Both the position numbers and the translations under genes were made by a program. A DNA stretch of 64,000 nt, from NCBI GenBank assembly GCA_963833225.1, contig CAWHXD010000008.1, positions 864,001-928,000 of the forward strand. Direction: 5' to 3'. Of this stretch, positions 63,606-64,000 are shown piece after piece; within the stretch, counting starts at the first letter, position 1, and each line of letters opens with the position of its first letter. The DNA is from an uncultured Chloroflexia bacterium (lineage in GTDB: Bacteria; Chloroflexota; Limnocylindria; Limnocylindrales; CSP1-4). Under the pieces are notes generated by a model. That model was not told where the DNA came from, ran no database searches, and worked only from the letters and a program-made list of their open reading frames with translations.

Positions 63606-64000
63606 ATGCCCACCCTGCCCGCGACCATGGAGGCCCTCGTCGTCCTCGAGCCCAGCGTGCTCGAGATCCAGGAGGTGCCGGTCCCGGCCCCAGGACCCAA
63701 CGAGGTCCTTGCGCGCGTGCGGGCCGTCTCGATCTGCGGCACCGACGCCCACCTGATCCGGGGCGACTACCCGGGCTTCTGGCCGCCCTCGTTCCCGTTC
63801 ATCCCGGGGCACGAGTGGGCGGGCGAGATCGCGGCCCTGGGCCCTGGGGCCGAGCGATTCGGCTGGCAGGTGGGCGACCGGGTCGCCGGCACCAGCCATG
63901 ACGCCTGCGGCGTGTGCCGCGAGTGCGTGGAAGGCCGCTACAACCTGTGCGAGAACTACGGGCGCGAGGGCCTGCACCGCCAGTACGGCCACAGCGTGCA
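63606..64000 (+). CDS. Zn-dependent alcohol dehydrogenase (MDR family), 3' truncated
   Basis: RBS AGGAG; own translation gives SICGTDAH, PGHEWAG, VGDRV, CGVCREC..GRYNLC. Confidence 0.92.
   Translation, partial: MPTLPATMEALVVLEPSVLEIQEVPVPAPGPNEVLARVRAVSICGTDAHLIRGDYPGFWPPSFPFIPGHEWAGEIAALGPGAERFGWQVGDRVAGTSHDACGVCRECVEGRYNLCENYGREGLHRQYGHSV

Overview
Very GC-rich bacterial chromosomal segment. Gene style and leaderless promoters suggest Chloroflexota or Actinomycetota (inference only). About half of the genes are split by single-base indels, which most likely reflects long-read errors, so coordinates of split genes are my reconstructions. Contents in order: azlCD; S8 protease; a cyanophycin locus (cphB-cphA plus an extra CphA-like gene lacking the ATP-grasp domain and a divergent M20 peptidase); ECF sigma/anti-sigma; a ferredoxin-GltD-like flavoprotein operon with two paralogous unknown membrane proteins next to a NarL-type two-component system; lhr-nei with a LexA-like box; an HTH-nuclease-like gene; an AcuC-GNAT fusion; tatA; YyaL; two putative Cys peptidases; ligD and ku; a second S8 protease; glcD-like; M1 peptidase; bioY; an ABC transporter; a CAP protein; tRNA-His; a glycosylation cluster; and a catabolic cluster with a shared operator. 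Best novelty candidates: (1) the G-domain-less CphA paralog with the M20 peptidase, (2) the deacetylase-acetyltransferase fusion, (3) the Fe-S flavoprotein with twin membrane proteins, (4) a dispersed covarying REP-like hairpin family next to an HTH-nuclease. No CRISPR array, rRNA or transposase was seen.
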